From positions 96,001-160,000 of the forward strand of contig JBMNLH010000003.1 in assembly GCA_050952625.1 (NCBI GenBank): a stretch of DNA of 64,000 nt. Reading direction: 5' to 3'. How positions within the stretch are numbered: the first letter of the stretch is position 1; each line of letters opens with the position of its first letter. The notes below the pieces were generated by a model that searched no databases, was not told the DNA's origin, and saw only the letters and a program-made list of their open reading frames with translations. This document shows, piece by piece, positions 41,374-51,362 of this stretch. Position numbers and translations under genes: made by a program. The DNA is from Bacillota bacterium. GTDB lineage: Bacteria > Bacillota > Ch66 > Ch109.

Positions 41374-42916
41374 CTAAGGTATCAGACTCCGGCCGGTCAT
41401 TTCAACCGGCTGAGGAATTCCTAGCAAACGCAGCATCGTTGGCGCAATGTCCTGTAAAGAACCAGTCAATAAGTCTATCCCCCGATATTTAGGATCAACC
41501 AAAATAAGCGGGACCGGGTTAGTCGTGTGGGCGGTACAAGGTTCTCCAGTTTCCGGCTCCCGCATCTCTTCGGCATTTCCGTGGTCCGCGGTGATAATCA
41601 CTCTCCCGTTTTGCGCTAAGATGGCCCTCACCACTTGACCAACGCATTCGTCCAAAGCAGTGATGGCTTTAACCGCTGCTTCCATATCCCCGGTATGGCC
41701 GACCATATCAGCGTTGGCAAAATTTATAATTATTACATCGTAATTATTAGCCTCAATTTCCTGAATAACCCGCGCCGTTACCTCATAGGCACTCATTTCC
41801 GGCTGTAAATCATAAGTAGCTACCTTGGGTGATGGAATTAAAATCCGCTCTTCGCCTGGGTTAGCCGCCTCCACTCCCCCATTAAAGAAAAAGGTAACGT
41901 GGGCGTATTTCTCAGTTTCCGCAATCCGCAGTTGGCGTAAACCATGCTGGGCCAAGACCTCGCCCAGCGTGTTGGTCAGTTTTTGAGGCGGAAAGGCCAC
42001 AGGTGCCGAGATCGTCACATCATACTGAGTCAGACAGACAAAATACACCTGAGGCCACTTATGACGAGTAAATCCTGCAAAATCTTGATCCACAAAGGCG
42101 CGAGTTATCTCCCGCGCCCGGTCAGCCCGAAAATTGAAAAAAATAATGGAATCTCCATCCTGGATAAGTCCCCTGGGGTTCCCTTGGCTATCAACGATCA
42201 CGGTCGGCTCGACGAACTCATCCGTCACAGAAGCAGCATAAGACTGCTCAACGGCCCTCGAAGCGGAATCAGCTTTTAACCCTTCTCCCTCAACCAGGGC
42301 ACGATAATGCTTTTCCACCCGTTCCCAGCGCTTATCGCGGTCCATCCCCCAGTAACGGCCGCCGAGAGTGGCCAATCTGTCCCAGTCCCAATTCCCGCAG
42401 CTTATTCTCCAGGTCGGCAATATATTCAAGGGCACTGGCCGGCGGTACATCCCGTCCATCCAAAAAGGCATGAATAAAGACCCGTTCCACGCCGGCTTGT
42501 TTAGCCATTTCCAGCAATCCGTAAAGGTGCTGAATATGACTGTGCACCCCGCCATCAGACAGTAATCCCATCAAGTGCAGGGCCGTCTGTTTGTTTGTCA
42601 CATTCTTGACTGCTTCCAGCAGTACCGGATTGGTTGAGAGTTCCCCAGTTCGGACGGCTAAGTCAATCCGGGTCAAATCCTGATAAACGACTCGACCCGC
42701 CCCAATATTTAAATGGCCCACTTCGGAATTACCCATCTGGCCGGCTGGCAGGCCGACTGCTTCCCCGGAAGTCTCCAGCCGGGTATGGGGATACTCACTT
42801 AATAGTCGGCAGTAATTGGGGGTTTTGGCACAGGTAACCGCATTGCAATCGCTGGGCGGCTCAATCCCCCAGCCATCCAAAATCATTAACATCAAGGGCT
42901 GTTTAGTTGTCCCCAA
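41374..42916 (-). CDS. gpmI: 2,3-BPG-independent phosphoglycerate mutase, apparent +1 frameshift at ~42372
   Basis: [25 protein letters not shown] and ADHGNAE split over two ORFs; removing one G from ATTGGCCACT restores GQIATLGGRY. Confidence 0.93.
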
Positions 42917-42935
42917 TTAACATATCACCTCCGAT

Positions 42936-43020
42936 CCTAAAGCCTAAAACCTTGAACCTTAAGCCTTAAAGCTTAATAAACCATCCTGCCACTAAGCGGC
43001 ACCATCAGGATATGAAAAAT
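42936..43020 (+). repeat. Heptamer run plus divergent copy of the GGCAC..ATGAAAA repeat
   Basis: cctaaag cctaaaa ccttgaa ccttaag ccttaaa, then GCCACTAAGCGGCACCATCAGGATATGAAAAAT. Confidence 0.5.
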
Positions 43021-43046
43021 CAATCGCACCGTGCTTAAACAGTCCC

Positions 43047-43838
43047 TCAACCGGAAGAACCGTCCCTCCGGTTGATGTTTTTAATAATTGCGGCGAATGA
43101 ATCTGCCTGCAGGCTGGCTCCGCCAACTAGGGCTCCGTCAATATTCGGTTCAGCCATCAGGGCTTGAATATTATCCGGTTTAACACTACCCCCGTATTGA
43201 ATCCGGACCTTTTCGCCAGCGGTCTGACCAAACTTTTCGGTAATCAATTGACGCAGAAAACGAATCACTTCTTCTGCGTCCTCGGGTGTAGCGTTGCGTC
43301 CGGTGCCAATCGCCCAAACCGGTTCATAGGCAATTACCAGCCCAGCCACCTGCCTTGGGGTTAGCCCGGCTAAACCACGGGTCAACTGGTGCTGACAGAC
43401 GGAAAAAGTAACCTCTGCCTCGCGTTCGGCTAGGGTTTCTCCCAAACAAAAGATAGGTGTCAACCCGCCGGCTAGAGCCGCCTTTAACCGGCGGTTAACT
43501 GTTTCATCAGTTTCTCCAAAGTACTGACGCCGCTCGGAATGACCACAAATAACGTAGCGGCACCCCAAATCTTTAAGCATTGAAGGAGCAATTTCCCCAG
43601 TAAAGGCCCCCTCCTCTTCCCAAAATACATTCTGTGCTCCTACCTGCAGGTTGCTGTCTTGAACCGCTTGAATTACTGAATTCAAAGCGGTATAAGGTGG
43701 ACAAAGAACTATTTCTACTCCATCTATTCCGGCCACTTGACTGGTCAGTTCCTGGACAAAAGACGCCGCTTCCGCTTGCAGCTTATGCATCTTCCAGTTT
43801 GCGGCAATAATTGGGACTCGCAGTTTTTCCACCCCCAC
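43047..43838 (-). CDS. tpiA: Triosephosphate isomerase (start may be CTG at 43823)
   Basis: ANWKM, GHSERR, AYEPVWAIGTG and YGGSVK motifs. Confidence 0.97.
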   Translation of the reverse strand: MGVEKLRVPIIAANWKMHKLQAEAASFVQELTSQVAGIDGVEIVLCPPYTALNSVIQAVQDSNLQVGAQNVFWEEEGAFTGEIAPSMLKDLGCRYVICGHSERRQYFGETDETVNRRLKAALAGGLTPIFCLGETLAEREAEVTFSVCQHQLTRGLAGLTPRQVAGLVIAYEPVWAIGTGRNATPEDAEEVIRFLRQLITEKFGQTAGEKVRIQYGGSVKPDNIQALMAEPNIDGALVGGASLQADSFAAIIKNINRRDGSSG

Positions 43839-45029
43839 TCATTTCGCTGCCAACGCTGCCACGCCCGGCAGCTCCTTCCCTTCGAGAAATTCCAGGGAAG
43901 CCCCGCCGCCGGTGGAAATATGGGTGATCCGGTCAGCGACTCCGGCTTGTTCAACGGCGGCTACGGAATCACCCCCACCGACCACGGTGACCGCCTCGGC
44001 TTCAGCTAATACCCGGGCCAGTGCTTCGGTTCCACTGGCAAATGGTCTCATTTCAAAGACCCCCATTGGTCCATTCCAGAGAATGGTCCGGCTCTCCCGA
44101 CAAGCTTCGGCGAACAATTTCACCGTTTCCGGGCCGATATCCAGAATCATCCAATCCGGTGGAACCTCCTCGGGGCGAACAGTTTTCGTCGGCACCCCCT
44201 CTGCCATTTGCTCAGCCACCACCACGTCTACCGGCAGGAGAAAGCGCACCCCTTCGCGCCCGGCAGTCTCCATTAGATGACGAGCGACCTCCAGATTGTC
44301 ATCTTCGACCAGGGATTTGCCGACGTTGATTCCCCTGGCCTTCAGAAAGGTGTTGGCCATACCGCCACCAACGGCCAGAGTGTCTACTTTGCCTAAAAAA
44401 TTCTCCAATAGCTTGATTTTATCCGAAACCTTAGCCCCCCCGATAATGGCTAATAAAGGCCGGTCCGGGTGCGCCAGTACCTTACTTAAAGCCTCGACTT
44501 CTTTCTGCATCAAGAACCCGGCCGCTGCCGGTAAAAAGGCAGCCATCCCGGCCGTTGAGGCATGGGCCCGGTGAGCTGCACCAAAAGCATCATTCACATA
44601 AACATCAGCCAATTCGGCCAGCTGCCGCGCAAATTCTGGATCATTTTTCTCTTCACCGGGGTAAAAACGAAGGTTTTCCAAAAGGAGAACCTCCCCCGGC
44701 TTTAATTGCTCGATCAAGCGTTTTGGTTCCTCACCAATACAAACATTGGCCTTGACGACTGGTTTACCCAAAAGTTGCGACAGACGCCGCGCCACCTTAT
44801 CTAATCGATACTTTTCCTTAACCTCTCCCTTAGGCCGACCAAAGTGACTGGCCAGGATTACCCGGGCTCCTTTCTCCATGAGATATTGAATAGTTGGAAG
44901 AGCCGCCCTAATCCGAGTATCGTCAGTAATCTCGTTATTATCATCTACTGGCACATTAAAATCAACCCGAACAAAGACCCGTTTCCCGGTAACCTCTAGT
45001 TCTTGAACCCCCAGGGGAATACCTGGCAT
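43839..45029 (-). CDS. pgk: Phosphoglycerate kinase
   Basis: [23 protein letters not shown] and [11 protein letters not shown] motifs. Confidence 0.98.
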   Translation of the reverse strand: MPGIPLGVQELEVTGKRVFVRVDFNVPVDDNNEITDDTRIRAALPTIQYLMEKGARVILASHFGRPKGEVKEKYRLDKVARRLSQLLGKPVVKANVCIGEEPKRLIEQLKPGEVLLLENLRFYPGEEKNDPEFARQLAELADVYVNDAFGAAHRAHASTAGMAAFLPAAAGFLMQKEVEALSKVLAHPDRPLLAIIGGAKVSDKIKLLENFLGKVDTLAVGGGMANTFLKARGINVGKSLVEDDNLEVARHLMETAGREGVRFLLPVDVVVAEQMAEGVPTKTVRPEEVPPDWMILDIGPETVKLFAEACRESRTILWNGPMGVFEMRPFASGTEALARVLAEAEAVTVVGGGDSVAAVEQAGVADRITHISTGGGASLEFLEGKELPGVAALAAK

Positions 45030-45116
45030 CTCATTAATACCTCCATTAGTGCGTATAGTGGAACAATTATTGTTTTAAATATTGTTTTAAACGAGCTAAA
45101 TTTTAGCTTTGTAACC

Positions 45117-45187
45117 TAGGTCAGACATTAAATTCGTCCGGCGGGCTCAGACAGTAATGCCTGCCGATCCTCAGCCGGTTCTGTTCT
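45117..45187 (-). repeat. Degenerate inner-hairpin fragment of the 193-bp repeat
   Basis: GGCTCAGACAGTAATGCCTGCCGATCCTCAGCCGGTTCTGTTCT matches the reverse complement of the repeat core GGCTCAGACAGTGATGCCTGCTGATCCTCAGCCGCCTCTGTTCT. Confidence 0.85.
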
Positions 45188-45197
45188 TTAATATTGA

Positions 45198-46202
45198 CTA
45201 GAGTTTTTGCGCTAGATACTCAGCCATGTCGACACAGCGGACCGAGTAAGCCCATTCATTATCATACCAGGCGACCGCCTTGATCATCGTGCCTTCCATC
45301 ACCATCGTCGATAAGGAATCGACAATACAAGAGTGCGGGTCACCATTATAGTCGCGGGAGACTGTCGGTTCATCACTGTAGGCCAAAATCCCTTTGAGTT
45401 CTCCCTCAGCCGCTGCCTTAAAGGCAGCGTTCACTTCATCAACGGTCGTCGATTTCGCCACATTCGCCACCAAATCAACCAGGGAAACGTTCGGGGTAGG
45501 CACCCGCATGGCTAGGCCGTTCATTTTGCCCTTCAATTCTGGCAAAACCAGGCCAATCGCCTTGGCCGCCCCGGTTGTGGTCGGAATGATGGAAAGACTA
45601 GCCGCCCTGGCCCGACGCAGGTCTTTGTGCGCTAAATCGAGCACGCGCTGGTCATTAGTGTAGGAGTGGATGGTCGTCATTAAGGAATGTTGGATATTAA
45701 AGTTTTGGTGGATTACCTTGGCCAATGGAGCCAGACAATTGGTTGTGCAGGAGCCATTGGAAATAATATGGTGCTGGGTTGGATTATAAAGCTGATGGTT
45801 TACGCCCATGACCATCGTAATATCTTCATTCTTGCCCGGGGCGGAGATAATGACCTTCTGGGCTCCGGCCTCCAGGTGCTTCCGAGCATCGCGGGCATCC
45901 GTAAATTTGCCGGTAGACTCAATTACCACCTGCACTCCGAGGTCTTTCCAGGGTAGATTGGCCGGTTCTTTTTCGGCCAGGACCTGAACCGTTCGTCCAT
46001 TAACGACCATTTTCCCGTCTTTTATCTCTACCTGTCCCTGAAAACGTCCATGAACCGAATCGTACTTAAAGAGATGAGCGTTAGTTTCCACATCGCCCAG
46101 GTCATTAACCGCTGCTACTTCCAGATTAGGATGACTGGCGGCTGCCCGCAGGACCAAGCGACCGATTCGCCCAAAACCATTAATGCCAATTTTTATCGTC
46201 AT
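45198..46202 (-). CDS. gap: Type I glyceraldehyde-3-phosphate dehydrogenase
   Basis: [19 protein letters not shown] and WYDNEW motifs. Confidence 0.98.
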   Translation of the reverse strand: MTIKIGINGFGRIGRLVLRAAASHPNLEVAAVNDLGDVETNAHLFKYDSVHGRFQGQVEIKDGKMVVNGRTVQVLAEKEPANLPWKDLGVQVVIESTGKFTDARDARKHLEAGAQKVIISAPGKNEDITMVMGVNHQLYNPTQHHIISNGSCTTNCLAPLAKVIHQNFNIQHSLMTTIHSYTNDQRVLDLAHKDLRRARAASLSIIPTTTGAAKAIGLVLPELKGKMNGLAMRVPTPNVSLVDLVANVAKSTTVDEVNAAFKAAAEGELKGILAYSDEPTVSRDYNGDPHSCIVDSLSTMVMEGTMIKAVAWYDNEWAYSVRCVDMAEYLAQKL

Positions 46203-46436
46203 TTGACCCTCCTCCTTTAATTCTAAAAAATTTCTCTTCCTGGATATTATGTCTGGTTCGCCTAGATTTTATGGTTTGATTAATTCATTTTCTACAAGCC
46301 GAAAAAAAATCCTGCCCCATGGAAAAATTATCCCCATTTAGGTCAGGCTCAACTCCTATAAAAAATATTCCTGAACAAACATCTTTAGACCCAAAAAATG
46401 TACCCCAAGCAAAAACAAGTCAGTTTATTTATTATC

Positions 46437-46480
46437 AACTGCCCATGCCCGCTAGGCACAACCACGGATGAAAATAACTA
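46437..46480 (+). repeat. Dispersed 44-bp repeat (copy 2)
   Basis: AACTGCCCATGCCCGCTAGGCACAACCACGGATGAAAATAACTA; matches 7815-7858(-). Confidence 0.85.
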
Positions 46481-46517
46481 CTTGCTAATCTCAAAATCTG
46501 AGGATTTGTAACTTACG

Positions 46518-47924
46518 CTAGTATCGCTTACGCAGCGTGGCCGAGGGAATCCCCATTTCGGTCCGATACTTAGCGATCGTCCGTCGGGAAACAGGCACTC
46601 CCTGTTGGTTTAGCTGTTTGGTTATTTTCTGATCGCTCCAGGGCAAATGGGGATCCTCAGCTTCAATAATTTCCCGAATCAATTTCTTAATACTCTGCGA
46701 GGAATAACTAATCCCTTCAGAAGAGTTAATGCCACTACTGAAAAAGAATTTAAACTCAAAAACTCCCTGCGGTGTTTGCATATATTTTTTAGCAGTTGCC
46801 CGGCTGACTGTTGATTCATGGACCCCGACGATCTCGGCCACCTGTTTAAGATTAAGGGGCCTAAGGTGCTTGATCCCGTGGCGGAAAAATTCCTTCTGGA
46901 TATCAACAATACAACAGGCCACCCGGTATAGGGTCAGCCTCCTCTGCTCCAGACTACGGATTAACCAGGACGCGGCATTCAGCCGGCCTTCCAAATATTT
47001 TTTCGCTTCTGGCTCATTAACCTCCTTGTCTTGTAACAGCGAACGGTACCGACTGTTGATGCCCAACCGGGGGACCACCGAGTCGTTGAGCAACACCACA
47101 AATTCACCATTGATTCTTTCGACAATCACATCCGGGACTACATACTGGACCTCGTTTGACCCGGCAAACTGATAACCCGGTTTAGGATTAAGCGATCGAA
47201 GCAGATCAACTATTTCTTGCGTTTCCTGAAGGCTCACCCCCAGACCAGAAGCCACTCTTGTCATTCTTCCCTGGGCGATGTCTTCCAGGTAATCGCGGAC
47301 TGCCCGTTCGGTTAGATTATTCAGTTTGCCTGACTGTTGCAGTTGGATCAGCAAGCACTCCTTAAGATCCCTGGCCCCTATCCCGGCCGGCTCAAACGCC
47401 TGAATAACCCCTAATACTTGGGCTACCTTGTCTTCTGAGCACCCAAACTTCCGAGCTGCTTCTGTCAGGGTAACCGTTAAATAACCGGATTCATCCAGGC
47501 AGCCCACGAGGTATTGTCCCACGTGTTTTTCCAATCCGGGAGGGAAAGCAAGATCAATTTGAATTTGTAAATGTTCCTGCAAACTCGGCCCCCGCGTTAA
47601 AAAATTCTCATAGGAGTGTTCTGGATAGACCTCCCGGGGCTGGTTCACGTAACCTAGATCGCTCCGATCAGCAAAATACTCCTGCCAATCGATATCAAAT
47701 CTTTCGGTATCGGATCGGGGGTTATCTTCAGCAGCCGCGGCGACCTCTTCTCGTTCCCCCGGTTCCTCTTTGATTTCCAAAAAAGGATTTTCCAGTATTT
47801 CTTGTTGCAGGTACTGCTGTAATTCCAGGGCCGACAACTGTAAAACAGTAATCGCCTGACGCAATTCCGGAGTCATTACCAGCTTTTGAGTCAGTTCCAT
47901 CGTTAAGCTGAGGTCAACGCGCAT
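46518..47924 (-). CDS. rpoN: RNA polymerase sigma-54 factor
   Basis: QKLVMTPELRQAI, HESTVSRA, RpoN box SRRTIAKYR; start reset to MRVDL. Confidence 0.97.
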   Translation of the reverse strand: MRVDLSLTMELTQKLVMTPELRQAITVLQLSALELQQYLQQEILENPFLEIKEEPGEREEVAAAAEDNPRSDTERFDIDWQEYFADRSDLGYVNQPREVYPEHSYENFLTRGPSLQEHLQIQIDLAFPPGLEKHVGQYLVGCLDESGYLTVTLTEAARKFGCSEDKVAQVLGVIQAFEPAGIGARDLKECLLIQLQQSGKLNNLTERAVRDYLEDIAQGRMTRVASGLGVSLQETQEIVDLLRSLNPKPGYQFAGSNEVQYVVPDVIVERINGEFVVLLNDSVVPRLGINSRYRSLLQDKEVNEPEAKKYLEGRLNAASWLIRSLEQRRLTLYRVACCIVDIQKEFFRHGIKHLRPLNLKQVAEIVGVHESTVSRATAKKYMQTPQGVFEFKFFFSSGINSSEGISYSSQSIKKLIREIIEAEDPHLPWSDQKITKQLNQQGVPVSRRTIAKYRTEMGIPSATLRKRY

Positions 47925-47961
47925 CCAATCACACCCCCTATACAGTTTCACGCCTAATGCC

Positions 47962-48918
47962 TTACTCCTTACCCTTACCCCCACGCAACTCCTCGGCTAT
48001 CTCCTCCAAGCGTCTTAGCCGGTGGTTTACCCCTGATTTCCCTAATTTAGGCTCCATTAAGTCACCTAGTTCTTTCAGGCTGGCCTCCGGATACGCCAAA
48101 CGCACTTCAGCCATTTGGCGCAACGAGGACGGCAACCAGTCCAAACCCACTTTATCCGCAATAAAGGTAATATTTTGGGCCTGTCGCAGACCAGTACTGA
48201 CTGCCTTTTCGACATTGGCCGTATCGCAGTTAACTAGTCGGTTAACCTGGTTTCGCACTTCTTTTAGGACTCGAATATCCTCTAGGTGCAGCAAGGCCCG
48301 GTGAGCCCCAATCAGCCTCAATAAACTAGCAATCTGTTCTGCCTCTTTCAGGTAAACCACCTGCATCTGCTTGCGCAGATTAACCCGGGCCTGCAGACCA
48401 ACCCGGTTTAACAGACCAATGACCTCCTGGGCATACCCCTCACTGCTTAGAACCAATTCCAGATGGTAAGCGGTCTCCGGGTTGGTAATTGAACCACAAC
48501 CGAGAAAAATACCCCGCAGGTAAGCCCGTTGACAACACTGGCGTCGGACCAAAGACCTCCTGATCCCTTCATATACTCGCCGGCCCCTGATAATTCCCAA
48601 CTGCTGCAGGATCGGGTCTCGAAAATCCGGCAGAGTCAACCATACCTGATACCGATTTTGCTTCTGCAAACGCTCTTGCCGCTGCACTAACAATTCCGGC
48701 GGCCAGGAATGAACCGATTTGCCCAAGCGAAAAACGTGGCGAGCCACAGCGGCATTATCCGTAGTAACATAAAAGGACGGTGGCTGTCCGGCACTGATCC
48801 GCAGGGTTCCCCCGGCCCGGAGCAGTGCTGAGAATTCGGCCAGACAACAACAATTTTTGGGAGGCATTATTCGGGCTAGTTCATTTTTTACCTGGTGAGA
48901 AAACGACACAGCCGCCAA
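47962..48918 (-). CDS. whiA: DNA-binding protein WhiA
   Basis: SFSHQVKNEL, AYLRGIFLGCGS, VNRLVNCDTAN and KSGVNHRLRRL motifs. Confidence 0.96.
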   Translation of the reverse strand: MAAVSFSHQVKNELARIMPPKNCCCLAEFSALLRAGGTLRISAGQPPSFYVTTDNAAVARHVFRLGKSVHSWPPELLVQRQERLQKQNRYQVWLTLPDFRDPILQQLGIIRGRRVYEGIRRSLVRRQCCQRAYLRGIFLGCGSITNPETAYHLELVLSSEGYAQEVIGLLNRVGLQARVNLRKQMQVVYLKEAEQIASLLRLIGAHRALLHLEDIRVLKEVRNQVNRLVNCDTANVEKAVSTGLRQAQNITFIADKVGLDWLPSSLRQMAEVRLAYPEASLKELGDLMEPKLGKSGVNHRLRRLEEIAEELRGGKGKE

Positions 48919-48933
48919 TATCTATCACCTCTT

Positions 48934-50217
48934 CTACAGCCCCTTCCGATAAATTAATCGGATTACCGTCTCGGCTAACTGGCGGGGATCATGCCGCACC
49001 ATATCACTTTGATCTAATAAACTATCCTGGACTATTTTCACGTTCAGACCGGCCAGACCCCGGGTATCTACCTTCACCGGATAGGCTCCCTTGGCCTCGT
49101 ATTTCCGCAGTTGCTGAGGCCGTACCTGCTGATTATTCACAATAATATAATCGACCAAATTATCCCCACAATGCTCGTAAATAACCCGCAAATGATCCGA
49201 AGCGGTAAAATGATCGGTTTCCCCAGGCTGGGTCATGACATTACAGATATAGATCTTCATTCCCCGCGCCTGACGAATGGCCTCCACTACCCCATCCACC
49301 AGCAAGTTTGGAATAACGCTGGTATATAAACTGCCCGGACCTAGAATAATTGCCTCTGCCCGGGCAATCGCTTCCAGACTGGCCTGTAACGGTTGTGGAT
49401 TACCCGGTTTTAAAAAAATACGCTTAATTCCTTTAGCCCCGTTTCTAGTAATCTCGGTTTCCCCTTCAATAATTTGGCCATCTAATAATTCTGCACACAG
49501 GACCTCATGCGAGAGGGTAGCCGGCAGAACCTGGCCCCGCAAGGCCAAAACCTTGCCTAATTCCTGGATCGCCGGAACAAAGCCCCCAGCCCTTTCCGAC
49601 ATGGCCACCAGCAGCAGGTTGCCCAGGGAATGGCCGACCAGGCCTTGACCCTGCTCAAACCGATAAGACAACATTTCATTCATCAAGTTCTCCGTATCGG
49701 CTAAAGCGACCAAACAGTTTCGAATATCACCTGGCGGGAGCACCCCCAGTTCGTCCCGCAATCGGCCTGAGCTGCCGCCATCATCGGTCACCGTCACAAT
49801 AGCGGTGAGGTTGCTGGTATACCGTTTTAAGCCGCGCAGCAGAACGGAAAGTCCGGTCCCTCCGCCCAGCACTACTATTCGAGGACCTTTCTGCAGGGAT
49901 CGGTGCTGATACAAATAATTAATCAGTTCCCCATCCGTGCCGGGCAATAAGGAAACCATTAGCGAGCGAAAGACTTTTCTTAATCCGAAGATAACCATTA
50001 ACCCACCAAACGTAAAAATCAAGACCCCACTGAGTACTGATGAATTAATGCCCGTTAATTGATAAAGAAGAAGGCGTAAACTCAGTTCCGCATTGAAAAC
50101 AAACCAGTTACCGCTTGCAGTTACGGCTCCAACTCCGATTAAGATGACACCAATAAAAGCAAGGAGGAGCCACCGTTTGACCCGCAAGCCGGGGTAAAGC
50201 CATTTTAAGAATTTCAT
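48934..50217 (-). CDS. yvcK: YvcK/GlmR (UPF0052) gluconeogenesis factor with N-terminal TM region
   Basis: GGGTG, DDGGSSG, PPGDIRN and GPGSLYTS motifs. Confidence 0.95.
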   Translation of the reverse strand: MKFLKWLYPGLRVKRWLLLAFIGVILIGVGAVTASGNWFVFNAELSLRLLLYQLTGINSSVLSGVLIFTFGGLMVIFGLRKVFRSLMVSLLPGTDGELINYLYQHRSLQKGPRIVVLGGGTGLSVLLRGLKRYTSNLTAIVTVTDDGGSSGRLRDELGVLPPGDIRNCLVALADTENLMNEMLSYRFEQGQGLVGHSLGNLLLVAMSERAGGFVPAIQELGKVLALRGQVLPATLSHEVLCAELLDGQIIEGETEITRNGAKGIKRIFLKPGNPQPLQASLEAIARAEAIILGPGSLYTSVIPNLLVDGVVEAIRQARGMKIYICNVMTQPGETDHFTASDHLRVIYEHCGDNLVDYIIVNNQQVRPQQLRKYEAKGAYPVKVDTRGLAGLNVKIVQDSLLDQSDMVRHDPRQLAETVIRLIYRKGL

Positions 50218-50220
50218 CCG

Positions 50221-51120
50221 TTAAACTCCTACCGATACTTTTCTGGTCCGATCACGATGTTTAACCAGCACCGGGTAACCCATCTCTCCCAAAGCCTCGC
50301 CAATTTCGATGGCCATTACGACCGAGCGGTGCTGACCTCCGGTACAGCCAATCGCAATCCCTAGATGCGTCTTGCCCTCAGCGATATAATGAGGGATCAA
50401 AAACTTCAGCAATTGGATAAATTGCGTAATAAAACTCCGGGTGACCTCGTGCCCGAGCACAAACTTCTTCACCCGCTCATCCGTTCCGGTTAATTCTCTT
50501 AACCCCTCAACATAGTAAGGATTAGGCAAGAAACGAACATCCATTACCAGGTCCGCATCCATTAGTATCCCGTACTTATAACCAAATGAAGTAACACTCA
50601 GCGTTATTTGACTGCCAGCAGAACGAGATCCGAAAAGCTCTGTGATCTGTTCCTTTAGTTCATGAACGCTTAAATTCGAGGTATCGATAATTTTATTGGC
50701 CCGTCCCCGTAATTCTTCTAACCGCTGTCGCTCCTGGGCAATCCCCTCCAGCACCCGACCCAGCGGAGACAAAGGATGACGCCGGCGCGACTCTTTAAAA
50801 CGTCGAACTAAAATCTCATCGGCTGCTTCAAGAAACAGAATCTCGTAATAAATCCCCTGTTGGTTAAGGGAATCCAGGGATTCAAACAGGGAATCAAAAA
50901 ACCGACCACCACGGATATCAATCACCAAAGCAATCCGGGGGATCTTTCCATCAGACTGCAGACACAGCTCAATAAACTTGGGCAACAGGCTGGGAGGGAG
51001 ATTATCGACACAGTAGTAGCCCAAGTCCTCCAAACATCGGACCGCCTGACTTTTACCCGCCCCGGACAAGCCGGTTATTATCACAATTCTTATCTCCTGC
51101 TTCATCACCAACCTGTTCAC
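50221..51120 (-). CDS. rapZ: RNase adapter RapZ (YvcJ)
   Basis: [24 protein letters not shown] and [11 protein letters not shown] motifs. Confidence 0.96.
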   Translation of the reverse strand: MNRLVMKQEIRIVIITGLSGAGKSQAVRCLEDLGYYCVDNLPPSLLPKFIELCLQSDGKIPRIALVIDIRGGRFFDSLFESLDSLNQQGIYYEILFLEAADEILVRRFKESRRRHPLSPLGRVLEGIAQERQRLEELRGRANKIIDTSNLSVHELKEQITELFGSRSAGSQITLSVTSFGYKYGILMDADLVMDVRFLPNPYYVEGLRELTGTDERVKKFVLGHEVTRSFITQFIQLLKFLIPHYIAEGKTHLGIAIGCTGGQHRSVVMAIEIGEALGEMGYPVLVKHRDRTRKVSVGV

Positions 51121-51154
51121 CGCCCCTCGCCTTCCTCTAACGCTCTAATAAATA

Positions 51155-51181
51155 ATTCGCGAGCCAAGAAAAAGTTCCTGC
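51155..51181 (-). promoter_or_regulatory. Putative sigmaH promoter of the rapZ operon
   Basis: GCAGGA-N17-GAAT on the minus strand. Confidence 0.55.
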
Positions 51182-51200
51182 CAGCAAAAAACAAATATTT

Positions 51201-51218
51201 ATGCAAGTAGCGTGCCAA
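51201..51218 (-). promoter_or_regulatory. Sigma54 -24/-12 promoter
   Basis: TTGGCACGCTACTTGCAT = TGGCAC-N5-TTGCA consensus, ~80 bp upstream of rapZ. Confidence 0.8.
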
Positions 51219-51273
51219 TATTAGGGACAGGAGGACAGGAGGCGAGATCAAAAAGAAAATTTTCCCAGGAAAG

Positions 51274-51301
51274 GCAGGACTAAACAAGGGCCGCGACGAA
51301 T
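51274..51301 (+). promoter_or_regulatory. Putative sigmaH promoter of pgi
   Basis: GCAGGA-N18-GAAT. Confidence 0.45.
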
Positions 51302-51362
51302 ATTTTAGTAGAAAGTTGCTGCGATCAGGGAAATACTAGACCCAAAGAAAAGGAGTGAGGCA

